Source of the DNA: Octopus bimaculoides
Taxonomy: Eukaryota
DNA length: 48,064 nt
Reading direction: 5' to 3'
NCBI RefSeq assembly: GCF_001194135.2
Contig: NC_068984.1
Span: 93,365,009 to 93,413,072 of the forward strand
Position numbers and translations under genes: made by a program. Positions within the stretch are counted from its first letter, which is position 1. The number at the start of each line of letters is the position of its first letter. This document shows, piece by piece, positions 21,030 to 33,460 of the stretch. The notes beneath the pieces are model-generated. The model searched no databases. It was not told the origin of the DNA and worked only from the letters and a program-made list of their open reading frames with translations.

Positions 21030-22118
21030 ACTTAAGAATGCTGATAATTGCCTCCATTTTGGTTGAGAATAATGGGCTGGACAAGACTATGTGAAACTTC
21101 AAAATAAATACACAGATCAGTGAGTGGGGTAACTTGAAAGGATTTCCTAATTGTTATTTCCCTTGCATTGGCCTTGGATTTTTGTAAGAATTTGTGTTCA
21201 CCATTACATTATGCAAGAGTGTTCATGCACACCCAAAATTATAAATATATGTATCCAGCACACATTTGGTTTATGTATAAGCATGTGCATCTTATTTGGG
21301 GATTTCCACAGACTGAATGCAAATTAGTCCATGAAATTCATTAAAAATTTTTTCAAAGTTCATATACATATGTTTGTGATAGTGTGATGTCATGAATATG
21401 TGTTATACATATCCTGTGCAGTTTAGAATTCCAAAGAAAAACACATGCGACACTTAACTACATTGAGAGATAAGAACAAAAGACATGCAACATCTTTATC
21501 CAATATGGTATGGACTCTCAAAGAGAGGAGCATAGACAACCTATATATAAATTGGAGCATTATAACTAAGGTGTGCAAATATAGTAGACAATATAACAGA
21601 AGCAACATTTATATCTTGAGAAATTAAACATCATAACATCAAATGAACATTTGAACATTAGGGAAGAAACATTCTCCCCTTGCATGCACAAACAACAATT
21701 TAAATTTCAAAATTTTAAGCATGAACTCTCACTTCCCTTGCCACCTATCCAACTTTGATATATTTTTGAATATTGTTTATATGCACAATATGCATTACAG
21801 ACATACACTCACTGGAGCTCATACTGGAATTTAAGATATGTGGGAACCCCATAAATAAGATGCACATGCTCAAATATGAACCAAACACATGCTGGATACA
21901 TATATCTATAAATATGGGTATGCATGAACGTTCTCACATAATGTAATTAATTTATGGTGAACACAAATTCTTGCAAAAATAGGGCCAATGCAAGGGAAGT
22001 AACAATTAAAAAATCTTTGCAAGTTACCTCCTGATCTGTGTATTCATTTTGAAGTCCCACTTTGTTTCATTGTAACTGTATTCTCATCTAAAATGAAGGT
22101 GATTATCAGCATTCTTAA
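21030..22118. repeat. Long inverted repeat (~280-bp arms: ~21030-21310 and ~21839-22118) enclosing a Penelope-like fragment
   Basis: Examples: ttaagaatgctgataat vs attatcagcattcttaa; agaatttgtgttcacca vs tggtgaacacaaattct; gcatgtgcatcttattt vs aaataagatgcacatgc. Confidence 0.85.
21423..21720 (+). mobile_element. Penelope-like element GIY-YIG endonuclease C-terminal fragment
   Basis: KRHATSLSNMVWTLKE...INWSIITK...YSR, followed by LNIREETFSPCMHKQQFK, matches the PLE pattern T.LS..W.LK...W.I...LN.R.E...C.H. Confidence 0.65.
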
Positions 22119-22579
22119 ATTAATCTCACTGGAAATTAAAGTCATTAAAATTGAAATAGGATGTCATCTCCTGAGTCTGTGATGGAGGCTCTTGTGTGCT
22201 TATCATCAAATCAATGCATTCTATGTTTGGGTGACACCTGAAACCATGTAACAGAGGCTTGTGTTTGCATATCCTGCTCTGTTCAGGTGTCTCCTGAGTT
22301 CAGCTGTTGCCCTAATGAAATTCCTTATTCACATGCATACACACACTCTGACACATTTAAATATATACACAGTCAGCATCAGAGATATGCATACACAGAG
22401 TAAGAGTGAGAGAGTGTGGTAAATATATATCAAGTGGGGAAAAGCATAAAAGACAGATAGGCAAATTATGTCTTTTTGATTACTAATTACGAAAAATTCA
22501 TTTTCTCTAGGATGCACTGTTTCAGAGCCTTTCAGTGACATACATATTTACATAATACAGGCACTCTCATTTATATCTG

Positions 22580-23540
22580 GCTGAGTAAAAAGTAAGCAAC
22601 GTTTTGAAACATGAAATTCATCACAATGAGTTCTGGAGCTGATGCACTTTGAATGCACTTTCAGCATCGGTTTGATATTTGAACTCTCACAGGAAACCAT
22701 CAAAGTGCTTGAAAAAGCGGTAGTTGGTAGAAGAAAGGTCTGCAGAATAAGCTGGGTGGAGAAGAACTTTGTAGCCAAGTTTCCTCAACTTCTGGAGTGT
22801 CGTTAGTGGTCAAGCATTGTCATGAAGAATAATTGACCCTCTTCTGTTAACCAGTCTGGGACAGAAGAGTAGCAGTTTTTCATTCATTTTGGCAATTTGT
22901 TTCTGCAGTGATGGTTTTTCCAGGTTTTAGGAAGTTATTGTGGATGAGTCCAGCAGTACATCACTAAACAGTCACCATAAGCTTCATTTTGGTCCAACCA
23001 CTGCGATGAACATTCTTTATTATCGTACAGAATCCACTTTTCATCACAAGTTACTGTACAGTTGAGAAATGGATCGGTCTGGTTATGGATATGAGCAAAT
23101 TTCATATCTGCATTTTCTGATTTTCATTCAAATCATGTGGTACCCATTTGTTGAGCTTTTCTGATTTTCCAATCATATACAAATGGTTGCAGGCAGTTTT
23201 CTGACTAACTTGAAGTTGTTTTGCCAGTTCTTGTGTGATTTTACGTGGATCTTTTTCAGCGACAGTCTTTAATTGACCATCATTAATGGCAGATGGGTGT
23301 CCACTACACTCACGATCTTCAAGGCTCAGGTCTCCACTGCAAAATCGTTTAAACCATTTTTGAGCTGACCACTCGCTGGTCATTTCCTTACCAAATGTTT
23401 CATTGATATCGCAAGCTGTTTCAGCTGCTTTACATCCATTTTTGAAGTTGAATAGCAAAATTGCTTGAATATCATGCTTTGACAGTTTCATTTCAGATTA
23501 TTGTAACAATGAAGAAAAAATATCAATGTGTATTTATTGA
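22580..23540 (-). mobile_element. mariner transposase pseudogene (Hsmar1/SETMAR-like pattern)
   Basis: N-terminal HTH ORF 23102-23491 ending KWVPHDL, then VTCDEKWILYDN (~23040), LHDNA (~22820) and HPAYSADL (~22745): the D,D34D catalytic motifs in order. Confidence 0.9.
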
Positions 23541-24297
23541 TCAATTTTGGGCAAGTCTATGTCTGTAATATCAGACGATTGCAAAAAGATGTTTAAAAAA
23601 TTCAAAACTCTGGGAAATCTAGTACAAATTCTTCATGGTTCAAACTGTTGCTTGCTTTTACTCAACCTGATATATNNNNNNNNNNNNNNNNNNNNNNNNN
23701 NNNNNNNNNNNNNNNNNNNNNNNNNNNNNNNNNNNNNNNNNNNNNNNNNNNNNNNNNNNNNNNNNNNNNNNNNNNNNNNNNNNNNNNNNNNNNNNNNNNN
23801 NNNNNNNNNNNNNNNNNNNNNNNNNNNNNNNNNNNNNNNNNNNNNNNNNNNNNNNNNNNNNNNNNNNNNNNNNNNNNNNNNNNNNNNNNNNNNNNNNNNN
23901 NNNNNNNNNNNNNNNNNNNNNNNNNNNNNNNNNNNNNNNNNNNNNNNNNNNNNNNNNNNNNNNNNNNNNNNNNNNNNNNNNNNNNNNNNNNNNNNNNNNN
24001 NNNNNNNNNNNNNNNNNNNNNNNNNNNNNNNNNNNNNNNNNNNNNNNNNNNNNNNNNNNNNNNNNNNNNNNNNNNNNNNNNNNNNNNNNNNNNNNNNNNN
24101 NNNNNNNNNNNNNNNNNNNNNNNNNNNNNNNNNNNNNNNNNNNNNNNNNNNNNNNNNNNNNNNNNNNNNNNNNNNNNNNNNNNNNNNNNNNNNNNNNNNN
24201 NNNNNNNNNNNNNNNNATATCGGATTAGTTGTCCTAATGTTTAAATTTGTTGCAAAATTTTATCAAATGCCCTCCAATGACAAATGTATTTCATGCA

Positions 24298-25552
24298 TTG
24301 GGTCATGCCATAAATAATGCATTTTTTTATACTTATTTTATTTTTCAAAATTAAGATGAACAAAGTTATTTTTTAAATACTCTCCTTCATTTTCTACAAT
24401 GCTCTTCCATCTATCTGGTAGACATGCAAGGCCCCTCTTTCAAAATTCACTTATCTGTGATGAAAAATATTCCTCCAGTACTGTTCTGACCTTGTCTACA
24501 GAATTCATATTTTTTTCCGTCCAAATGATTTTGAAGACTGTGGAATAAATGATAATCAGATGGGGCAGTGTCCGGTGAATATGGTGGGTGGGGCATTATT
24601 TCTCATTCAAACTGCTCCAGCCTTTGGAATGTGATCCTCGCTGTATGTGGTCGAGCATTATCCTGATGGAAGAACACCTTTCATCCTGAAACCAAAGATG
24701 GTCGTTTTTCTTCTAGCACTGACTTAAGCCATTCAAACTGCTTGCAGTAGATCTCCTTTGTTATCATTTGGTTTTAGGTTTAAAAGTTCAAAGTGGACTA
24801 AACCTTTCATATCCCACCAAAGCAGATAATATCTCACATGGGTGGAGACCCTCTTTAGCCTGGGGTGCCAGTGTTTCTCCTTCCTCTACCCACTGTCTTC
24901 AGCACTTGACATTTTTATAGAGAACCCATTTCTTGTCACCAGTCACTATTCAGTCCAAAAAAAGGTCCATTTGAGAGATGTGACAGCAAAGAAGAGCACA
25001 CATTCACTCTCTGCGGGCAATTAGATTCGGAAATTTTGTGAAGAATCTATTGACCCAATTTGCTCATTTTTCCAATAGCACGCAGATATCAATGAATGGT
25101 TGAATGACCAGATCCAAGCTTCTCTGCTAGTTCCTCAACAGTTACGATGGGATTTTGCTCCACCGGAGTTTGCAGGACATCTTCATTGAATTCTACAGAT
25201 CTTCCAGGACAAGGCTCGCCTTCTAGGCTATAGTTTCTGGCTCGGAATTTCTGGAACCACCATTGACACTGGCTTATGCTTATTATCTGATTCCCATATA
25301 CTGCATTAATATTCCTTGCACTTTTCGTTGCGTTGTTGCCTTTATTGAACTCATAAAGCAAAATATGCTGGATATGCTCCTTTGTCTCGTCTTTGAAAAA
25401 ATAACTGTTATAATTGAATTGCACTCTTCAAAACTTGCACTAAAATTACTACCTACTTTTATAGCAAGTTGATACCAATAGTTTATCCCATCCACCTCCA
25501 ACTTTTAATTCATGCAATTGAAAAAAAACCGCTTATTTATGAGATGACCCTA
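24298..25552 (-). mobile_element. Near full-length degraded mariner with both TIRs (~1255 bp)
   Basis: TIRs ttgggtcatgccataaataatgcattttttt (24298-) and aaaaaaaaccgcttatttatgagatgacccta (-25552), followed by TA. HTH ORF at 25089-25424; HQDNARPH at ~24655-24680. Confidence 0.85.
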
Positions 25553-25891
25553 TATTTTAATACTTATACAGAAAATAATTTATTTAGTCTGTTGTCACTA
25601 ACCAACTCATTGGTTGTTATAGTCAATATCAATTTTTCTTATTGTGTATGTTACAGGTCAGCACCTCAATTTGTTAGAGTATAAAATAAACAGATTATAC
25701 TTGAATTTTTTTTTTTTTTTTTTTTTGTGGGGTTAGGGTCAGTGTTTGCTATTTGTAATGTTTTAGCTTAATACTGCTATATTTTACATTTAGTAAGTTC
25801 TAATGTATGTATTCATGTAAGTAAAATGTGTGTTATCCATTCCTCGCACTTTACATTAAATTCTTAATTTTAAAGTTATAATGACTTCTTT

Positions 25892-25894
<3 letters not shown>

Positions 25895-25932
<38 letters not shown>

Positions 25933-25935
25933 TAA
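25895..25935. repeat. (AAT)n microsatellite
   Basis: Direct reading. Confidence 0.9.
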
Positions 25936-26571
25936 TGACAATTTTAATAATTACAATAATTAAGTAGAGGTTTTATTAAAGTATATTCTTCTTATACTAT
26001 TATACAGTATCCTAGATATTTTTAGTTTCAATCTCTCACTTTTAAAAATAACTTGAACAATTAATGATTTTTAGAGTAAAATTGTATACCAAAATATATA
26101 TATTTTCTCAATGCAAGTAAAGGTATCTTAACCAGGCTGCTTATTTACTCACTTTTACCATCTCTTTGAATTTGTTTTACATTCTTCTTTTCTCTTCCCT
26201 TCTTCCACATATTAATGTCAAATGGGCTGATGAGTAATCAGTTGGTTAATATAGTACCATAAGCCCACTCGGCTAAATATTATATACAATTGGGTTCTCT
26301 CATCCAATTTTAGGTAACTAGCTTATAGCTATGTAAATGTGTTTCAAATCAGAATACTTCAGCTAGTTTCTATTTCAGTCTTGTGTCTAGTGTTTTTCAT
26401 CCTTTTCTTGTAATTATTAGTAACTGGTTAAAAATGATTATTATTGTTTCCAGGAGTTTCTGTAGCTTATAAAAAGATTTTATTAACATTGATACATTGC
26501 ACTTCAACAATATACCAATCTTAAAATATTTGTGTACAATTAACATATATAAATAACAATATTATATATAT

Positions 26572-26946
26572 AGGCACATGAGTGGCTGTATAGTATGAAG
26601 TTCACTTCCCAACCACATGGTTCTGGGTACAGTCCCACTGCATGGCACCTTGGGCAAGTGTCTTCTACTATAGTCTCAGACTGACCAAAGCCTTGTGAGT
26701 GGATTTGGTAGACGGAAACTGAAAGAAGCCTATCATGTATATATATGTATGTGTATCTGTATTTGTCTCCTCACTATCACTTGACAACCGATGTTGGTGT
26801 GTTTACATCCCCATAACCTAGTTGTTCAGCAAAAAGAGACGGATAGAATAAGTACCAGGCTTACAAAGAATAAGACCTGGGGTTGGTTTGTAAAGGAGGT
26901 GCTCCAGCATGGCCACAGTCAAATGACTGAAATAAGTAAAAGAATA
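26572..26946 (+). mobile_element. SINE family 2, best-preserved copy
   Basis: A-box-like tggctgtatagt and B-box-like ggtacagtccc; ggcaccttgggcaagtgtcttctactatag; tail ggaggtgctccagcatggccacagtcaaatgactgaaataagtaaaaga. Confidence 0.85.
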
Positions 26947-27084
26947 TATATAACACACATGAGCAGCCAACTGCATGTATTAGGTAAAAATAAGTAATTT
27001 TGGTCAATATCAACAACAATAATATAGTATGATGATGATGATGATGACAGCAATATAGCATAATAAAACTAATAATTATAATAA

Positions 27085-27260
27085 TCCTTTCTACTAAAGG
27101 CACAAGACCTGAAATTTTGGGAGAAGACTAGTCGATTACATCGACCTCAGTGTCTTACCGTTACTTAATTTGGCAGATTTTGAACTCATAACGTAAAGAC
27201 AGAGGAAATGCCACTGAGCATTTTGCCCAACAGGCTAACAATTCTGCCAGCTCACCACCT
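27085..27260 (-). mobile_element. tRNA-derived SINE family 3, internally deleted
   Basis: Minus-strand head ggtggtgagctggcagaattgttagcctgttgggcaaaatgc; a related head fragment lies on + at ~15720-15765. Confidence 0.6.
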
Positions 27261-27754
27261 TAATGATAACTTGAAAGCATTAGTTATATTGATTCATTGC
27301 AATATTAATATTTCTGACATGTGTTGTTTATTTGTTCACTCAGCGCTAATTTTTTTCAAGTAACATTTTTTAATAAGATCATAGTTTTGTGGACTCTAAG
27401 AAATAAAATATTTCTAATATTTACATCAACACCATCCTTCAGCTGGTTTGATCCTGATCATCATGTCTTTTTCTTAGATTCACACAAGAAACCTTTATTG
27501 TACCTGCACCATAAACTAAAAACAATATTTCCCTTAGTGTTGTTTCTCAATCAAATTCAATCTGGTACAATGTACACATCTAAGAATAAGACACTTTGGG
27601 ATAACTAACTATCAAAATGTAGTGCACATGTAAATATTTTTTAAAAAAAGCCTCTCTAAAAATGAAATTAATTGTCAATAAAATAGTCCAGTAACTTCAT
27701 TAATAAACTACTCATTTCAGACTTAAACATTTTACTTCAAATTTTTATTTCCAG

Positions 27755-27935
27755 ATAATGATCTGTTTGAAGCAACTGCACTCTATGACTTTGAAGGTCG
27801 GACGGAAAGGGAACTGTCTTTCAAGAAAGGCAATACATTGGTGATATTCAAGCAAGTCTCCAGTGACTGGTGGGAAGGTTGCTTTAATGGCAAAGAAGGC
27901 CTTATACCCGATAAATATGTTACACTTAAAACCGG
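27755..27935 (+). CDS. SRGAP: Internal coding exon (181 nt, phase 1 to phase 2) encoding an SH3 domain of the srGAP/ARHGAP4 (SLIT-ROBO RhoGAP) type
   Basis: Acceptor tttttatttccag| and donor |gtaagt. Open frame NDLFEATALYDFEGRTERELSFKKGNTLVIFKQVSSDWWEGCFNGKEGLIPDKYVTLKT has the SH3 signatures ALYDF, ELSF, WW and GLIP..Y. The GRT.RELSFKKG and S.DWWEG..NG..GLIP segments match my recollection of vertebrate srGAP SH3 domains. The SH3 call is near certain; the family call is likely but unsearched. Confidence 0.88.
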
Positions 27936-27944
27936 GTAAGTAAT

Positions 27945-27947
<3 letters not shown>

Positions 27948-27986
<39 letters not shown>
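27948..27986. repeat. (TG)n microsatellite just downstream of the splice donor
   Basis: Direct reading. Confidence 0.95.
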
Positions 27987-27988
<2 letters not shown>

Positions 27989-28596
27989 CGTTCACACACG
28001 CTTTTATATACACACACGGGTATTTAGTGTCATCATCATTTTAACAGCTACTTTTACATTCTTACATGAGTCTGATGAGATTTTGTCGAGACAGAATTTT
28101 CTATGACTAGACACCAACCATCATCTGTTTCCAAGCAAGGTAATAATTCTCTCAGTTTCTCATACAATGCAGAGAATGGCAAAGAAGCCTGGACATGCTT
28201 TTTATCAACATAAAGTGAACATGCACTGAGTCATGAAAATACACACACGCATCTGGCTTTCCATCTACAAAGTATTGATCAACCTGTAGCTGTAGTACAG
28301 TATACCAGCTGACAGCAGCCACGTAATGGGATCAAACTCCTAATCATGTGATTCTGTTAACCACATAGCCATGACTTTACTATACCTAATCTCCAATACC
28401 TCAACCAAGATTTGTACCACACCATGAAAAGGTATCTTCTTTCTCCTCTCCTAGTTCTTACTACATTGCAGCACAATATTCCGTTCTTATTTATTTTTAA
28501 AAACTTGTTTCTACAGCCTTGGATGCTCTCTTTGCCTCAGCTTTATTGTTTGAGTTCCAACTGAAATTTTGTCTATGAGGTCATATTACTCTAGAA

Positions 28597-29810
28597 CAGT
28601 GGTTCTCTAACTTTTTCAGACTACTGCTCCCTCCCCCCACCTCCCAGGCTACATTTCTCACATGCAGCCCACACACACACACACCACACATCACCATAAA
28701 CATAAATCTCTATAAATAAAACTTAACCTAGTTAACCTATTATTTTGTTGCCTTTACAATATGAAAGAGGAAGTTTACATCTCACCTGTAGCTACAATGT
28801 TTCCATATTCCTACTGTGATGGATGTTCTTTTGTGCAGGAATATCAGCTTCCTAGCATCAGTATGAAAGACACTAAGATCTCCGTGTTCAATAATTTTTT
28901 TATCTTTGAAAGGAGCTGGACAAATGTACTGAAGCCCCACTCTACAGACAATGATGTTGGGAAGCAATAAAATACATCTTGACTTCATTCTGACATGATT
29001 CTTTTTAACTTTGACTTCAACTCCATATCATTTTAAAGTGAAACCAGTTCTTTCACTATTCTTGTTTCCTCATTACTAATATCTAGGAATCACTTAGACT
29101 GGTATTGTATCTAGGACTCACCCAGACTGGTATTTTAAGCAATAATCCTGAAGTCTGTGCACCTCATCCACGTGTGAATAATACACTTAAATGCCATCTG
29201 GTATGCACTTTTCCGATTCCAATTCAGAGAGGTTCTGAAACTGGAAGAACTCACAATGGCTTATGTCACATTTGAATAACTTTAACTCTGACAGAAACAT
29301 GGAAGGGGTTGATTTTACCTTGATAATGAGTATCTCATATCTTTGCTGTTGCAAATTAATTCCATTGAGTTTTGTGAGTCCTACTTGATGTTTCTTAGCA
29401 CATCACATGGAACAGAATTAGAGTCTTACAAGAATTCAACAACTGTTTTAAAAATGGAATAGAAACTTTCAGGCAGTTTCTCATTACCATCCATCAAACT
29501 TCCATTTGCAACAACAATAGTTAAAAAAATATTTATCATTTTCAATAAACTGATGTAAAGCAATGATGACAACCCACCTGCAATGGTATTCCAACTACTG
29601 CTTGAAAATGAAATACTTTTTTCGTATCTGTTTCTTGTTGTCTTAAAAATAATAGCTCTTGAACCAAACAGTAATCTTTGATGAAGCGAATAAGCTAGAA
29701 ACAAACTTTTACTGCTTGGCAAATGGGACTCCTTTAACTGTGTGCTAAATTTGCTTCTGCATATGTTGCACAATATATCTTCAATGTTATGACATTCCAT
29801 ATTTTGAAAC
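28597..29810 (-). mobile_element. Degraded hAT (Buster/Charlie-like) transposon; one terminus visible
   Basis: Terminus cagtggttctctaactttt preceded by the 8-mer ctctagaa (NTCTAGAN is the Charlie/Buster target preference). The minus strand at ~28850-28980 reads FPTS.SVE.GFS..VQLLSK, like the hAT dimerisation domain. The right boundary is approximate. Confidence 0.6.
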
Positions 29811-30114
29811 ATATATAATATGCATTTTTAAAGAAAAAATTTTATACTTCTACCTTTTTTAGACAAAGTTTAAAAAAAAAAAAAGAAGAGAGAGAGGAAA
29901 ATTCTGATCTATGCTTTTTCCAAATTTTTTTCTGGAAAAATACAAACTACAAGTGTTTCAAAATGTGGATTACTACATGATGAAAAATAATAAAAAAGAT
30001 AGGAGCATGTTCCTTAATTTTATTTACTGCTCTGATAACAGTGCGTAACTATTTAAGTCTACAACTTAGGTTATGCGCAACATGTGCAAACACACTAGGT
30101 ATAACATTTTCAAT

Positions 30115-30467
30115 ACGGAGTGGCTGTGTGGTAAGTAGCTTGCTTACCAACCACATGGTCCTTGGTTCAGTCCCACTGTGTGGCACCTTGGGCAAGTGTC
30201 TTCTGGTAGATTTGGTAGATGGAAACTGAATGAAGCCCATCGCATATATATATATATATATGTGTGTGTGTGTATGTATATATATAAATATATATGTGTA
30301 TGTTTGAGTGTCTGTGTTTGTCCCTCTGCCATCACTTGACAACCAATGTTGGTGTGTTTACATCCCTGTAACTTAGAATAAGTACTAGAATAAGTCCCAG
30401 GGTCAATTTGTTTGACTGAAGGTGGTATTCCAGCATGGCTGCAGTCAAATGACTGAAACAAATAAAA
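30115..30467 (+). mobile_element. SINE family 2
   Basis: tggctgtgtggtaag, ggttcagtccc, gtggcaccttgggcaagtgtctt, an internal (TA)/(TG) tract, and tail ccagcatggctgcagtcaaatgactgaaacaaataaaa. Confidence 0.85.
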
Positions 30468-30639
30468 TTTAAGAAATATTAGTGGTCTGTGATCAAGAGG
30501 TATGGGTGGGGGATTAAAATGTCCACTTGTAAGTATTTTGAAATGTGGGAAAATGCCGCAAAAATTCCCAGAAATTCCAATTTATGTAAGACAGCTATAC
30601 TGAAAGTCTGGCATATATAATTGAATGCCTTTTTTAGAA

Positions 30640-33460
30640 AAAATACGTGAAGATCTCACACCCCAGGTCCTTTTGTCACACTCAAATTCGGTATGTGACA
30701 CACTAATTGTACATATAAAACAACTCAATGTAGTTATATGTGCTACATATCGCCCTCCACATGCTCCAAATCATGTAGGCAAGTTTGAAGACTGCCTTAC
30801 AAAAATAGAAGTTCTAGTCACATTAGAACAACATATAAGTGTACTTTTTATGGGAGACTTCAATCTGCCCAATGTCAGATGGCCCGAGGGCCTTTCTCTC
30901 CCAGGAATGACGCAATACAAACAAGGACAGGTGAATTCCCTCCTGAACCTCGCCAACACTTTGTACATGGAACAAATAGTACTCCAACCAACCAGGGCAG
31001 GTAACATACTGAATCTCTGCTTCACAAATAATATGGATCTCATCCATAATGTGAAAATGACACCGACGCTACTCTCAGATCACAACATTGTAGAGCTGAC
31101 CATGTACGGACCAAAGGAAACCATGGACATGCAGCCTACAAGAAACTCTCAGAATCTTTCCAATTTGAACTTCCATAAGGCAAACTGGAAACAAATTGAG
31201 AAAGAGATCCTCAAACAAAACTGGCCTAAATCTCTCTCCTCACCGGACATTGACATGAAACTTAAACAATTCATGTCTGTAATGCAAGCCATATGCTACA
31301 AATGTGTCCCAGAGAGAAAGGCCATTGTACACAAAAACAAAATCCCCAGGGAGAGGAAAATTCTTATGAGACGGCGTACAAAAGTTTCAAATTGCCTAAA
31401 CAAACAAATTGAAAGCAGTGAAAAGTCCCGCCTGACAATACAACTGCTGGAGATTGAAAAAAATCTGCAACTCTACCACGAAAAAGAAAAAGCAGACATA
31501 GAAGCCTGGGCTATAGACAATATAAAATCTAACCCCAAAGCTTTCTACAAGTTTGCCAAAGAAGCAGCTTCAGTGAACTGCAGGATAGGGCCACTCCTTG
31601 AAAAAGATGGTGCACTCACAGGAAACCCAAGGAGGATAAGTGAAATACTAAATGAGCAATTCAAAAGTGTTTTCACTCCACCCCTAGGGCACTTTCAAGT
31701 CAGCAATCCAACTGGCTTTTTTAACACTGCAGATATAAAAACAGAGGTAATGATGATCGATTACATCAATATAAAGGAAGACGATGTAATAAGGGCTATA
31801 GATGAAATCAACCCAAACTCAGCAACTGGCCCTGATGGATTCCCAGCAATCCTTCTAAAAGTATGTAAGCGAATCCTAGCAAGACCGCTGCAGTCCCTCT
31901 TTCAGAGCTTCCTTGCGTCTGGCAAACTCCCAAGAAAACTGAAGGAAGGTAAAATATGCCCTATTCATAAAGGAGGTAGCAGAGCGGAGGCTAAGAACTA
32001 CAGACCTATCTCTCTGACCTCGCACATCAGCAAGGTCATGGAACGAATGGTCAGAAGAAAACTAATCGCCTTCCTTGAAGAAAAGGACTTGCTGCCTGAC
32101 ACCCAACATGGTTTCCAACCAGGAAGCTGCTGCCTGACTCAGCTCTTACAACACTATGACTGGGTGCTGAAACAGCTACTGAACCACTCAAATGTGGTAG
32201 TGATATATCTCGACTTTGCAAAGGGCTTTGATAAAGTCAATCATGGAATGATATGTCACAAACTGTGTGATCTCGGCATAGTTGGAAAATTGGGAGAATG
32301 GCTTCATGACTTTCTGAAGGCTAGAAGTCAGGTGGTAGTAGCCAATGAGGCCACTTCCAATGACACGCAAATAGTGAGCGGTGTTCAGCAAAGCACTGTT
32401 TTGGGACCGCTACTGTTCATAATGGCCCTCTCAGACATGCCCTCAGCCACACAGAGAGCCACGATCACAAGTTATGCAGATGAAACAAAAGTCTCACAGG
32501 TAATACAGAACCCTGAAGACACTATGCACCTGCAATGTGAGCGGGATGAAATATACAAGTGGGATGAAAAGAATAAACATGCAGTTTAATGCTGAAAAGT
32601 TTCAAGCCTTGTGCTATCAGCATGCAAAACTAAATGCAGTACCCATTAAATATGCTAGACCTGGAGGGACTGCAATCCCAGAGGCACAGTCAGTGCGAGA
32701 CCTGGGCATGAGTAATAATGCATCCTTTCATGTGCATGTTGCTAAATTGTCAATGAAATGCAGGCGACTGACCAGATGGATTCTTAGGACTTTTAGAACA
32801 AGAGATCAGGAAACCATGATGGTCCTCTGGAGGACACTTGTCCTAAGCAACTTTGACTATTGCTCTCAGCTATGGTCACCAACCAGTGTCAAATTAATCT
32901 CAGAACTTGAGGCAATCCAACGAAGCTACATGAAGAAGATAGCCTCTATGCAGCATATAAGCTATTGGGAAAGACTCAAGAGATTAAGACTCTATTCCTT
33001 AGAGCATAGACGAGAAAGATATGCCATAATATACATCTGGAAGATCCTCGAAGGAATTGTCCCAAACTTTGGCATCGAAAGTTACACAAATAAAAGTACT
33101 TGACGCCATTGCATAGTGCCAAGGACTCCAAATTTGCCATCAAGATGTAGGACAAGATACTGCAATAGCCTGGGCTTCAGAGGTCCACAGCTCTTCAATA
33201 TCCTCCCGAAGGACCTGAGAGACCTGCATGGGGTGGATGTACGTGTTTTCAAGATGAGGCTGGGCCTCTTCCGGTCAGGTGTCCCAGATGAACCAACTTT
33301 GCGGCAGGAGGTGCAGATGAAGGCAGCTGCATCAAACTCTCTCATGCACCAAATGTCAATTCCTGAAGTAAAATTGTGTAGCAACACCAAATGGCGGTGC
33401 CCCAGCATGGCCACCGCTCATGAGCTGAAACTAGATAAAATGAAATGAAAAATGAAATAA
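30640..33460 (+). mobile_element. CR1/L2-group LINE ORF2, 5'-truncated within the endonuclease; largely open but catalytically degenerate; (TGAAA)n-like tail
   Basis: 654-aa ORF with YRPP, GDFN, SDHN, GPDGFP, YRPISLTS, QHGF, YLDFAKGFDKV, SGVQQSTVLGPLLF and YADET (YADD mutated). Frameshifted continuations at 32537-33103 and 33116-33448; tail tgaaatgaaaaatgaaa. Confidence 0.93.

Noticed and set aside
22234-22292. 10-bp inverted repeat gacacctgaa/ttcaggtgtc
   Set aside because: Too short to distinguish from chance, with no other support.
27745-28017. Two minus-strand ORFs over the SH3 exon
   Set aside because: They are antisense shadows starting in the (TG)n tract; the + strand frame has the domain and the splice sites.
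28070-28100. Hammerhead-like ctgatga followed by the hairpin gattttgtc/gacagaatt
   Set aside because: The required GAAA after stem II is absent (ttct follows), and stems I and III are not evident.
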